Source of the DNA: a virus
IMG/VR virus record: IMGVR_UViG_3300031718_000141
Span: 1-43,828 of that record
Reading direction: 5' to 3' (one strand)
Length of the DNA stretch: 43,828 nt
Shown here: positions 23,187 to 32,601 of the stretch, piece after piece
How positions within the stretch are numbered: the stretch's first letter is position 1
Layout of the letters: every line of letters begins with the position of its first letter
The notes under the pieces: model-generated
Seen by the model: only the letters and a program-made list of their open reading frames with translations
What the model was told of the DNA's origin: nothing
Databases searched by the model: none
Made by a program: the position numbers and the translations under genes

Positions 23187-24206
23187 ATGCCTGTTGCTTC
23201 GACGGTTCCCGCGCTGGTCAGCCCGCCGACAAACATCTTCGGGCTTGTGCAGTACGTCGCCCAGCGAGTTCCGGGCTACGACTTCTCTGAATACCTCCGA
23301 GAACTGAACTCGGCCTATATCCACGTTTGGGAAGAAGTCTCGAAGCTCAAAAACAACTACTTCACAAATCTTAAGACCCTGACCGTAACGACTTCGGGCT
23401 ACAGCTTCGATTTGCTCTACAATACCTCGGCTCCGGGCGTTCTCTCCGCTCCTTTGTCCAATCGGCTCTACCAGGTTAGCCGTATTCGCGTACAGCCGCC
23501 TTCTGGCGGGCTTTTTCAGGCTACCCGGTCCATGAGCCTCACCGACCCGGATTTCATCTCCCTCAGCGCCAATGCGTCATCTTCGCCAACGCAGACCGGT
23601 CCCTACTACTGGGCACTGACCGGGCGCGGCACGATTCAATGGGGCTTGCCACTCGCGGCAGGCTCTACACTGGAGTTTTATTACACCTTTTGGCCGCTTG
23701 CGCTGTCATATCTTTTTTCAGGAATCGTCTCCTCGACGGGCACGGCGGTTACGGGAAACACCACAAATTTCACGCAGCTCTTGCAGCCCGACTTTCAAGG
23801 TGCGCAACCGGCCACCAACCAGCAGGAAGAATTGCAGGCGGAATTGGTTGTGGCTGGGGAGACGAACGGGCCAAACCAAATCTACCGCGTAGCCAGCATT
23901 GCTAGCGACACGGCCCTGACAACCCAGACAGCTATTTCTCCGGCGCTGGCGAACGGCTCAGCTTATGTCCTGGCGGCACTACCTGAGATTCCGCGCGAGC
24001 ATATCAGGGTCATCGCAGCCATCGCTCTCGCCAAAATGTACTCCGTGGCAGGCGACGATTCACGGGTGAATGAGTGGACGGCCATATCTCAGAGCAATAT
24101 TCAAATGATGAAGGACAGTTTACTAGAAAGGCAATCTAACAATCCTCCATCTAAACAGCGCTTTCCGTATGGAATCGGCAGGCGTAACAGGGCGTTCCTT
24201 CGCTAA
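23187..24206 (+). CDS. putative head-tail adaptor / tail tubular A-like protein (position only), 339 aa
   Basis: Gene order resembles the T7-like structural module. Confidence 0.4.
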   Translation: MPVASTVPALVSPPTNIFGLVQYVAQRVPGYDFSEYLRELNSAYIHVWEEVSKLKNNYFTNLKTLTVTTSGYSFDLLYNTSAPGVLSAPLSNRLYQVSRIRVQPPSGGLFQATRSMSLTDPDFISLSANASSSPTQTGPYYWALTGRGTIQWGLPLAAGSTLEFYYTFWPLALSYLFSGIVSSTGTAVTGNTTNFTQLLQPDFQGAQPATNQQEELQAELVVAGETNGPNQIYRVASIASDTALTTQTAISPALANGSAYVLAALPEIPREHIRVIAAIALAKMYSVAGDDSRVNEWTAISQSNIQMMKDSLLERQSNNPPSKQRFPYGIGRRNRAFLR

Positions 24207-27007
24207 TGCCGCAGAAATCTCCAATTAGAGCGCAACAATCCGCACCGGCGGAGATTCTTTCTTCGCTCAACCTGGGCGTGAACGATTACACCGACCCCAC
24301 CCTACAAACACCCCGGCAATGGGCGGTTGGTCAAAATGCCTACTCAGGGGCGTTCGGTTACGTGCAGCGCGCACGCTTTGCGAACATCGTTAAATATACG
24401 AACGGCGCGTCTTATAGCATCCAATCTATTAGTACCGTCGCTTCCGCGCTAGCTTCCTATACGAGTATCTCCATTACCACCGCTGCGGCAAATACGGCCA
24501 CCGTTGGTCAATTCATACAAATTTCAGGTGTCCCTATCCCAGGATACAACGGCTTGTTTGTGGTAAATGGGACATTCCCGCTGGCAAATATTATCACCTG
24601 TCTCGCTCCGGGTTCTTTTTCCTTGGCCCCATCAGCGAGCGGGATAGTAACCGTCCCGGCAGCCACCGGACTACCTTTCACGACGCTGAAATATTTTGCC
24701 ATACCCGGATTGAGCAATTATTTATTGGGAGACCTTGGTGGATTTTTGCTGTCGTACGACAGCGGAAACTCTTACGCTCAAACCTTTCGCATAAATCCCT
24801 ACGTGGACCCGCTGGGAGCTGGAGTGGCGTCGCTAAATGGCCCATGGTCACGCGAGGTGTTACAGAACATTATTTATGAAATGAACGGGCAGGTAAAGCA
24901 GGCTGGCAGGTTGGCGAATGGTTCCGGGGTTACTATGCCGTTCGTCGGCGCGACATCGACTACCTTCATTGAAGGTTTCGGCTTGGATGCTCCTGACGTT
25001 TCCCCACAAGTAGTTATCACGTCTGGAACAACGCAAAATATAACATCCATCACGCGGCTAAATGGAACAGTCACTGTCACGCTCTCGGCGGCATTGACCG
25101 TACCTGGAGGTAACGGCATTGGCATGGTGAACGTTGTAGGGGAGACGAACGACCCTACTTTCAACGGAACCTTCTTGGTATTGACCGGCTCCGGCACTGT
25201 GACTTTAACATGGGCGCAGCAGGGGCAGAACACAACTCCAACTGCGGCAGGGGCGGTCAATACCAGCATCACAAAATCGGTGGGACGCGGCTACGCGTAC
25301 GCATGGGAAAACGCGAACAAATCGCACGTAGGAGCGCCATCCCCGGCGACTCAATTTATCCTATACACCGCCCAGAATGGGCAGATACAGCTCATCGAAC
25401 AAGGCACTATTGGGATGATGAATAATTCCAATGTTGTGACCGGCACAGGAACTTCGTTTACATCGGCGTGGGTTGGCAGAAGTATCTATATGGCCGGAGC
25501 CAGCGGTTTCAGCAGTGTCATGTTTGCCAGGATTATCGCCGTGCAGTCCACGACTCAACTCACTCTGGACCTGAAGGCAAATGGCACGTTCTCCGGGTCC
25601 GTATTCCAGATTTTCGACCCCCAGGCTACGCATCTACGCCTTTATGCCACGGCGGATGGCGGAGCTACCTATTTCCGCGTTCAGCGTAATGTGTGGAATC
25701 CCAACAACTCCTTAACAACTTCCGGGCTGGTTTTTTTCGACAATGCAAATGCTGAGCCGCCGAATTTCCCATATACCACAGAAACCAGCCAACTCTACAA
25801 CGTTCCACCTCCGGTTGGAGCGTTTATCAAGGAATACCAAGGTAGGCTTCTGATTTATGGTGGCACCATTCCGGGCCAGACGTTTTTTTATACAAACATC
25901 GAATCCACCACGATTGGCTTGACGCAGGAATCTTGTGCACCACTAAACCAAGTCACGCTACCAATTCAGAACGCCAATATCTCAGGCATGGCGGATTTGC
26001 CGGGCGACCTCATCATTTGGAGCGACAAGCAGGATATGTTCCGCCTGACGGGCCTCCTTTCCGATAACACTCCTTTGGGACTTGGGACAGTGAACACGGC
26101 GGCGGGTAACGGGACGGCCATTACCGCATTACCTTACAACCTGGGCTGCGCTAATCCATTTGCCGTGGCGATTACCCCTCTTGGTGCTATTTGGGTAACC
26201 TCCAACCGGGAACTGTGGCTTTTTACCGATAAATACGCTCCGCGAAATATCGGCAGGCCGATTCAGAATATTTTAAGCAACATCCCAACGAACCAACTAA
26301 CCAATATTCGCACGACGTATTACCACTCGCTTAACCGGAACTGGGTGTCTATCGCGCTCTCGAACGGCGCGAGCAATAACGTGCTTGTGAATCTCGACCT
26401 CGACCTCCTGGCCTCGAATGGTGCGCCCTCCTTTTTCACTTTCGATATGGCTACGAACCATCCGGCGTTCTGGGTCTACAACATCAACTGCTCCGCGCTT
26501 GAAGTGGTCTATGAGACTGGCGGTCAGGTGCGGCTGGTGGTGGGTTCGACGGATTTGATTCAAGACCCGGATTACCAGACCGGTCTTTTCGGAACGGAAA
26601 CAGGCGTCACCGGCTACACCATTTTCCAGCCGTGGGGCAACGATTCCGCTTTTGTCATCAAGCGGCCAACGTGGATACGTTTCACTACCAATCAAGACCC
26701 GTCGCAACTGGCTTTGCAGGGCTGGAGCTTCGCGGCACTGGGGATAGACGACGACTATTACACCTTCAATTCTCCGCTCACGCTCACGCTTCAGCCGGGC
26801 GTCAACGACTCCTCCTCTCTATGTGGTAATCCCAATTTATCCGGCGGCGAACCTTTCCGGCACAGCCCGGAACTCTTCCGAATTGGTGGAGTAAACTTCG
26901 TCATGGGACGCCGCATTCAGTTTATTGTTAACTTTCCAACGGGAATAGGTGTAAATTACGCATTAAGAACGATTCAGTTAGGGTTCGGAGCCAGTCCGCC
27001 AAGGTAA
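24206..27007 (+). CDS. putative tail nozzle / tail tubular B-like protein (position and size only), 933 aa
   Basis: Largest structural gene. TAATG overlap with the preceding gene. Confidence 0.45.
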   Translation: MPQKSPIRAQQSAPAEILSSLNLGVNDYTDPTLQTPRQWAVGQNAYSGAFGYVQRARFANIVKYTNGASYSIQSISTVASALASYTSISITTAAANTATVGQFIQISGVPIPGYNGLFVVNGTFPLANIITCLAPGSFSLAPSASGIVTVPAATGLPFTTLKYFAIPGLSNYLLGDLGGFLLSYDSGNSYAQTFRINPYVDPLGAGVASLNGPWSREVLQNIIYEMNGQVKQAGRLANGSGVTMPFVGATSTTFIEGFGLDAPDVSPQVVITSGTTQNITSITRLNGTVTVTLSAALTVPGGNGIGMVNVVGETNDPTFNGTFLVLTGSGTVTLTWAQQGQNTTPTAAGAVNTSITKSVGRGYAYAWENANKSHVGAPSPATQFILYTAQNGQIQLIEQGTIGMMNNSNVVTGTGTSFTSAWVGRSIYMAGASGFSSVMFARIIAVQSTTQLTLDLKANGTFSGSVFQIFDPQATHLRLYATADGGATYFRVQRNVWNPNNSLTTSGLVFFDNANAEPPNFPYTTETSQLYNVPPPVGAFIKEYQGRLLIYGGTIPGQTFFYTNIESTTIGLTQESCAPLNQVTLPIQNANISGMADLPGDLIIWSDKQDMFRLTGLLSDNTPLGLGTVNTAAGNGTAITALPYNLGCANPFAVAITPLGAIWVTSNRELWLFTDKYAPRNIGRPIQNILSNIPTNQLTNIRTTYYHSLNRNWVSIALSNGASNNVLVNLDLDLLASNGAPSFFTFDMATNHPAFWVYNINCSALEVVYETGGQVRLVVGSTDLIQDPDYQTGLFGTETGVTGYTIFQPWGNDSAFVIKRPTWIRFTTNQDPSQLALQGWSFAALGIDDDYYTFNSPLTLTLQPGVNDSSSLCGNPNLSGGEPFRHSPELFRIGGVNFVMGRRIQFIVNFPTGIGVNYALRTIQLGFGASPPR

Positions 27008-27010
27008 ATT

Positions 27011-27367
27011 ATGGGAACAGAGCCGTTCGGAGAACTATTTCCAAGAAAGACAGACACGCCACCATTATGGGATGGTGGTTTAAGTGATTGGATTTGGGCC
27101 GCTGGAATTTATGAAGGAGAAGGGTCCGTTTCAAAAAACCATAAATCTCTCCAAGTGGTTATCGTGCAAAAGGACCCATTTATTCTTCATCGACTGAAAC
27201 AATTCTGCGGCGGAAGCATCGCCAAGAGGTGTAATAAAGGGTTTGAATGCTTTGCTTTGTACTTGTATGGCAAGGCTGCCATGCGCTTCTTAAGGAGAAC
27301 TAAAAAATACCTCTCCCCAAGAAGACGAGACCAGATTATAAGAGTATGGGCGCTAGAAGACCTTTGA
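27011..27367 (+). CDS. LAGLIDADG-type homing endonuclease-like protein, 118 aa
   Basis: WIWAAGIYEGEGSVS...LQVVIVQKDPFILHRLKQFCGGSI...ALYLYGKAAMRFLRRTKKYL fits a single-motif LAGLIDADG layout. Visibly AT-richer than the flanks. Confidence 0.6.
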   Translation: MGTEPFGELFPRKTDTPPLWDGGLSDWIWAAGIYEGEGSVSKNHKSLQVVIVQKDPFILHRLKQFCGGSIAKRCNKGFECFALYLYGKAAMRFLRRTKKYLSPRRRDQIIRVWALEDL

Positions 27368-27912
27368 TGGGGACAGCATATAATCCTCTACAGGTAATGA
27401 TGGGGAACCCTGGCAAGACGGGTGTGCCCTACACCGGCGTTACTCCTCCCGTAAAGTCCAAGGGTGCTCCTATTCTGCAAAACACGCCAGCCCCTGTGAA
27501 GTCTCCATCTCCACCATCTCCAGCGCCACAAGCGGCCCCTTCTGGGCCGCCTTCCGGCAGTGTCGTGGGGCCAGAAGCGGTGCGAGCGACAGGAACAGGG
27601 CCGTTTGATTCCGCTTACCGGCAAGACCTCGCCACTTATGCCGGAGGACTTTTTGCCAAGCCGGGAGGAAATCTTAGCTTTAATCCGACTAGTAATTCGC
27701 CTTTTGGCGGAGCGGCGACCGGCGGAGGCAATGCTCCGGTTCTCGGGATGCCCAATACACTTCTACAAAACGCGCTTGGCGGGAATCCGTTCAGCTACAC
27801 ACCACCAACACCGGCAGCCAACACGCTGACCGATCCGAATTTCTCGATGCAGCAGTGGATGAACCAATTTCTGACGCAGGGTGGGCTTAATACTAAGGCG
27901 GTCTATCAATGA
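27367..27912 (+). CDS. Pro/Gly-rich low-complexity virion protein (putative internal/ejection protein), 181 aa
   Basis: ORF 27346..27912. ATG 27367 is in a TGATG overlap. Confidence 0.55.
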   Translation: MGTAYNPLQVMMGNPGKTGVPYTGVTPPVKSKGAPILQNTPAPVKSPSPPSPAPQAAPSGPPSGSVVGPEAVRATGTGPFDSAYRQDLATYAGGLFAKPGGNLSFNPTSNSPFGGAATGGGNAPVLGMPNTLLQNALGGNPFSYTPPTPAANTLTDPNFSMQQWMNQFLTQGGLNTKAVYQ

Positions 27913-28670
27913 GTTCGATGCCCAATCCGCTCCAGGGCACCTCAAGCCAGAACCCATTAGGCTGGCCAGGAGCAACGGGAACGAATCAACCGACCGGAGC
28001 GCCTTCCGTACCCGGTATGCCGACCGTTGCTGGCGCACCTGCTCCCGCTCCAGGCGGAGCCACTACCCCATCTCCCGCCACTTCCAATCCTTTTGGCGGT
28101 ATCACGACACCGGCAAAAAGCCCTGTAGGCGGCGGCGCATTGGGCGCTAATTTAGCGCAGACTAACTACCAGACAGGAGCTTTGCGCAATCAGTTGCTGC
28201 CCATTTTCGCTCAGCTTTTTGGCGGAGCTACCGGCCCGGCACAGAATTTCTTCTCGCAACTCCTGAATCTCGGCTCGCCGTATTATCAGCAGCAGCAAGA
28301 AGCCAGCTTCAACACCGGAGTCAATGAAGCGCAGGACACGCAAGCCACCGCCAAGCAGCAGATTAACGCTTCCGGCTACGGAGCGGCCCCAAGCGGATTA
28401 GAAGCGGCGGAAGCGGGCGGAGCGGCAGTCGGGGAGACTCAGAATCTATCTCAGCTTTACCTGCAAAACCTGTTTCAGAATGAGAATATGCAGGCGCTGG
28501 GAGCACAGGGACTGGCTTCACTGGCACAACTCTTTAATCCTGCTCAGTTGATGAGCCAGACAAGTTCGAGCATCCAGCAGCCTGAAAACACCGCTGCGCA
28601 GATTATGAGTTCGATTGGGCAGATGGCGGGTGGAATCTTCGGGTCGAGCGGTATTCCGACAGGAAGTTAA
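27909..28670 (+). CDS. Gly/Pro/Gln/Asn-rich low-complexity virion protein, 253 aa
   Basis: ORF track. ATGA overlap. Confidence 0.6.
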   Translation: MSSMPNPLQGTSSQNPLGWPGATGTNQPTGAPSVPGMPTVAGAPAPAPGGATTPSPATSNPFGGITTPAKSPVGGGALGANLAQTNYQTGALRNQLLPIFAQLFGGATGPAQNFFSQLLNLGSPYYQQQQEASFNTGVNEAQDTQATAKQQINASGYGAAPSGLEAAEAGGAAVGETQNLSQLYLQNLFQNENMQALGAQGLASLAQLFNPAQLMSQTSSSIQQPENTAAQIMSSIGQMAGGIFGSSGIPTGS

Positions 28671-28674
28671 CAAA

Positions 28675-29685
28675 ATGGCTGATGATACTGGCGTAGGACA
28701 ACTACCAACACAGCTTTCCCCGCAGGTGCTTGCTAACCTGTCTGGCGGAGGTTCTCCGCTTGGGCCGACCAGTCCTATCGACCCGCAGCAAGTCGCTGCG
28801 CAGATGATGCAACGTGGCGGGCAGTTGACGGAACAGCAACTAGGTATTGCCAATCCAGCAGCGCAAAAAGCGACGGACTTGGCTTCCGCGCCTTATAAAA
28901 CCAACGACCCGGTATATGGCACGTGGAGCGGTAGAGCGCCTGGTTCAGCGCCTCCGCAACAGCAACCGGGATTCCTTCACACTATCGGCAGGGCGTTAAT
29001 TGCTCTTGGTGAAGCCACGGCTCCGGGAAGAACGATTCTCAATCAGCGTTACGCCTCTCAGACAACGGCCAGAGGCTCTGAGGCGAACGCCAGAGCAGAA
29101 GAGATTCAGGCGCTCCAGAAACAGTCCCAGTTGGCCGAGGAGCCAATCGCTTCAACGGCCCGCATGGGACCGGCCTATATGGGAGCTGCCGCGCGACAGG
29201 AATCAGCCGACGCTTCCGCATCTCGCGCTGAAACAGCGGCAGGAAACCTAAAAGAGCGGATTTCTAATGACGTTGTTTCGCAGAACGTTAAATGGAAAAC
29301 GCTTGACGTGAAGCAGCAGGCACTCGAATTAAAGAATACACTCTCTCGATTGGGGATGCAGGTTACGATGCGCGGCCAGGATATTAACTTCGGAACCCGC
29401 GAAGACGCCATTGCCGCTGTTTCTGCGGTTCAAGGTACAAAGATTTGGAATGAACTAGACGATTCTCTTAAATCCAAGCTGATGCAATATACGGGAATCT
29501 CGGACTTCGCCGTTCCTTCTGCACAATCTCCTGGGACAGTTATCCCTAAAGAAGGCGCTAGTCCTACGGATGTGGGTCGCTCCAAGCTCCCTCCTAAACC
29601 GGGCGAGAAGCCTGCCAAGCCGAAGGGTGGCGCGAACGAAATTCACTACGACAAGAACGGCAACCGGGTACAAGGGCCTGCCTGA
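28675..29685 (+). CDS. putative internal virion protein, 336 aa
   Basis: ORF 28615..29685 trimmed to ATG 28675 (AGGAAG SD). Confidence 0.6.
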   Translation: MADDTGVGQLPTQLSPQVLANLSGGGSPLGPTSPIDPQQVAAQMMQRGGQLTEQQLGIANPAAQKATDLASAPYKTNDPVYGTWSGRAPGSAPPQQQPGFLHTIGRALIALGEATAPGRTILNQRYASQTTARGSEANARAEEIQALQKQSQLAEEPIASTARMGPAYMGAAARQESADASASRAETAAGNLKERISNDVVSQNVKWKTLDVKQQALELKNTLSRLGMQVTMRGQDINFGTREDAIAAVSAVQGTKIWNELDDSLKSKLMQYTGISDFAVPSAQSPGTVIPKEGASPTDVGRSKLPPKPGEKPAKPKGGANEIHYDKNGNRVQGPA

Positions 29686-31580
29686 TGCCGGACATTACCG
29701 CCAACGCGCCTGACGGGACAAAGCACATCTTCCCTGACGGAACCGACCCGGCTGTAATTGACCGTGTAATGAAGCAGTACATTACTGGCAGCGCTCAACC
29801 GTCTACCCCTCAGCAACCGGGAACTGGCCGACCGGATGAGCCGGGAGCCTACCAAACCCGCAGGGGCGGTCCAATCCTCAATGCTAATAACTCCCCATTG
29901 CGAGAAGGTGCGCTTGCGGCGGAGCGTTCGCTCGGAATCAGCAATCCAACCTCGGCGGTAGATGCCTTGAAACAGGCTGGTGGTTCCGCTTGGGACTTTC
30001 TAAAGAAAAGCGCTGGCGAGCCTTTTGAGGGCATGACCGCGATGGATGCGCTCGACCCTGTGAATGTTGGTGTCAGGACGGCGGCGGTTGTTCCGAACGT
30101 AGTGGCTCGTGGTGTAGAAGGCATTGCTGGAGGAATTGAATCCGGCGGCAAGGACCTCTACCAGGGCCTGCAACGTGGCGATACACGTTCGGCGGCGGCG
30201 GGCATGGGCACGCTTCTCGCCACGCGCGCCATGACGCCGATGGACGAAGGTCTAAAGGCCAATGTCACAGAGGCCGGGAAAGCGATTCAAAGGCACTTAG
30301 CCATTGACCAAGGCAAGGTCCGGGTCGTGAACGACATGGTTCGCCAGCCACTTGCGAGGCTTGATGCGGCAGTGACGAACGAAATTGGAAAGAGCGTCCA
30401 GCAAGCCGTTCAGGCCGATGAAATGGACATGCAGACGAAGGGCACAAAGACCGGCATGGTGGATGTGTCCAAAGCGTCAGCGGCAGCCAGGGATAAGATA
30501 GGCCAGACAGCCAAAGAAGTCTCAAATCTTGGCGACACGCTGATTACGCGCGGGGAATCACAGCCGATGATGAACCTGCGAGACGCCAAGTCCTACACAA
30601 CGGATGTGGGTCGAGCGGCTGCCGCAGCGAGGCGGGCTGGGAACCTCCGCGAAGCGACGGCGCTCGATTCACTCTATGACGGGCTTCATAGCGCGACAAA
30701 GGACCGGGCTACCGACCTCGGCCAAGGCAAAATCTGGCAGCACTACATTGACGAAACGCGAAACTACAAAAACATGCAGGGAGGGCTGCTCGGGGAACTG
30801 ACGGATGAGCCTATCCACGCGAAAGCACTGAACAAACTGACAGACCCTGCCCGAGCGACGGAAGCGGCGGAAATCAGCAAGGCCCTCGACAAGTACGGCA
30901 TCGACCCGGCGCAGTTCGATAAGGCCAAATCGCTTGGCGTTGACCTGAACCGTTACTCGCAGGAAACCAAAGCCAACTTCATGGGCAAGATTAAGGCTAT
31001 TGTAAAGCATCCAATGCTTGCCGGTGGAGCAACGATTGGAGCCTCGGCAGTAGGCAGTGCTTCAGGGATTCCGGTAATGGGCCTTGTCCTGCCCATCATC
31101 GTTGCTGGCAAAGTAGCGAATATGTTGGACGCCAGCAGTCTCAAGGGTTTGCTTGCCGACATCCAGAAAGAGACTGGGCCTACTTCCGGGCAGGTGAACG
31201 CCCCGCTTGAAGGGCCAATGAAAGGCGGTGCCGAACCACCAAGGAATGTTCCACGTGGAACACCGCCATCCGGTAACCGCCGCGCGGCGGTGCGTGACGA
31301 GGTAAACCGTGGCATTCTCGACCAGCTTCATGGAGAACTGAGAAAGGCCACGGCACCTGAAGACAAGGCTCGCATACAGCGCAACATCAACGACCTGAAA
31401 GAGCAAGGCGTCACCGCCGAGGCGGACATTGCCGGTATGCTCAAGGACCAGTTCAAGTTTACGGACAACGCCGCAAAGCAGCTTGTCAGTTCCATCCGGG
31501 GCAAGTATCAGGGGCTTGACGAAGGGCTTAAAATGGCAATGGCCGAAGCTATCAAGCGCACGAAAGGAGCTAAAAAGTGA
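29685..31580 (+). CDS. putative internal virion/ejection protein, 631 aa
   Basis: TGATG overlap. Helical, Ala/Gly/Lys-rich, with one hydrophobic segment near residue 450. Confidence 0.6.
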   Translation: MPDITANAPDGTKHIFPDGTDPAVIDRVMKQYITGSAQPSTPQQPGTGRPDEPGAYQTRRGGPILNANNSPLREGALAAERSLGISNPTSAVDALKQAGGSAWDFLKKSAGEPFEGMTAMDALDPVNVGVRTAAVVPNVVARGVEGIAGGIESGGKDLYQGLQRGDTRSAAAGMGTLLATRAMTPMDEGLKANVTEAGKAIQRHLAIDQGKVRVVNDMVRQPLARLDAAVTNEIGKSVQQAVQADEMDMQTKGTKTGMVDVSKASAAARDKIGQTAKEVSNLGDTLITRGESQPMMNLRDAKSYTTDVGRAAAAARRAGNLREATALDSLYDGLHSATKDRATDLGQGKIWQHYIDETRNYKNMQGGLLGELTDEPIHAKALNKLTDPARATEAAEISKALDKYGIDPAQFDKAKSLGVDLNRYSQETKANFMGKIKAIVKHPMLAGGATIGASAVGSASGIPVMGLVLPIIVAGKVANMLDASSLKGLLADIQKETGPTSGQVNAPLEGPMKGGAEPPRNVPRGTPPSGNRRAAVRDEVNRGILDQLHGELRKATAPEDKARIQRNINDLKEQGVTAEADIAGMLKDQFKFTDNAAKQLVSSIRGKYQGLDEGLKMAMAEAIKRTKGAKK

Positions 31581-32062
31581 GTTTTATCCACGGCGATTCT
31601 CCCGACGTTGGAAGGACATCCTTGCACGTCCTTTGGGTAGCTATGCGAGCTAGATGCAGGATGAAGCCAACCAACCCTAGATATGAGAGCTACAAGCATG
31701 TTCGGTGCTGCCCCGAATGGGAAGATTACGTAACATTTAAGAATTGGGCCTTGGCGCATGGGTATGCCAAGGGGTTGATTTTGGACCGCAAAGATAACGC
31801 GTTGGGATATAACCGCGAGAACTGTCGGTTCGTTACGATGTCCGTGAGTAACAAAAATAAACGGTGGACGGCGGCCTGTCAGCGTCACATCCATGAATTG
31901 AGAAAGGCGAAGTGGCGTCCAATTTTCTGCGTAGAAGCGAGGCGTCAGTTCCTCAATCTAAAAGAGGCGGCTGCTTGGTGCAATGGAGATTCCAGCCTTA
32001 TACATAGAGCCGCAAGAACGGGATTTGCGCACAGGCAAATGCATTGGAGATTCACCGCATGA
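31577..32062 (+). CDS. HNH-family homing endonuclease-like protein with a C-terminal NUMOD-like DNA-binding motif, 161 aa
   Basis: LWVAMRARC...Y.....CPEWEDYVTFKNW....GLILDRKDNALGYNRENCRFVT matches a common phage HNH family. GTGA overlap. Confidence 0.65.
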   Translation: MSFIHGDSPDVGRTSLHVLWVAMRARCRMKPTNPRYESYKHVRCCPEWEDYVTFKNWALAHGYAKGLILDRKDNALGYNRENCRFVTMSVSNKNKRWTAACQRHIHELRKAKWRPIFCVEARRQFLNLKEAAAWCNGDSSLIHRAARTGFAHRQMHWRFTA

Positions 32063-32601
32063 GGGTATATTTCGTTCTTCCAGCAGAGACAATATACGAC
32101 GCCCAATCGAGAATCATGGGTCATCGCTCGACTCCGGCTCCGCGCGAGCAACTCAAGAAGCTCCGCGAGATAGCGCCGCGCCTCAAGGAATTGGGCGTCG
32201 AAAAAGTGATATGCTCGGACCTTGACGGGCAGAGCGGCTTCTTTCTGGCAAGGAATGTCGGCGTTCCGTGTGAGGAGTGGAAAAGCCTGCGGCGTTTTAA
32301 CGTTGGCAAGCACCATGGCCAGCACGCCGAGAAAGAGCAGCGGGTGCTCAAGGAATATCACGAGCGCTGGAAGACAAACCCGAACATTCCTTATTTCGGC
32401 GGGGATAGCTGGACTAGTTTCAAGAATCGGTTGGCAGCCTCGAAAGACAAACTCAAAAGAAACGGCGCGGTCTATGCGGTGGTGGCCGAGCGTTTCGTGA
32501 TTGAGCAAATGACGGGGCTTGCTGGAAAGCTGGAACGCGGACGTGTCTACCTTTGGGAAGACTCCGGCAGTATACCCAAGCCCCCTACGACGACGCACTA
32601 G
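32059..32601 (+). CDS. histidine-phosphatase (PGAM)-fold protein lacking the catalytic RHG and second His, 180 aa
   Basis: VYFVLPAET (where RHGET is expected), ICSDLDGQS, FGGDSWTSFKNRL, VYAVVAERFVIEQM (where vvSHG is expected). ATGA overlap. TAG stop. Confidence 0.5.
   Translation: MRVYFVLPAETIYDAQSRIMGHRSTPAPREQLKKLREIAPRLKELGVEKVICSDLDGQSGFFLARNVGVPCEEWKSLRRFNVGKHHGQHAEKEQRVLKEYHERWKTNPNIPYFGGDSWTSFKNRLAASKDKLKRNGAVYAVVAERFVIEQMTGLAGKLERGRVYLWEDSGSIPKPPTTTH

Noticed and set aside
29685-31580. The 631-aa helical protein, considered as a tape-measure protein (siphovirus).
   Set aside because: There is no major tail, tail-chaperone (frameshift) or baseplate gene set around it. The gene order matches the adaptor / nozzle / internal-protein / fibre order of short-tailed phages better. 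The call remains low confidence.
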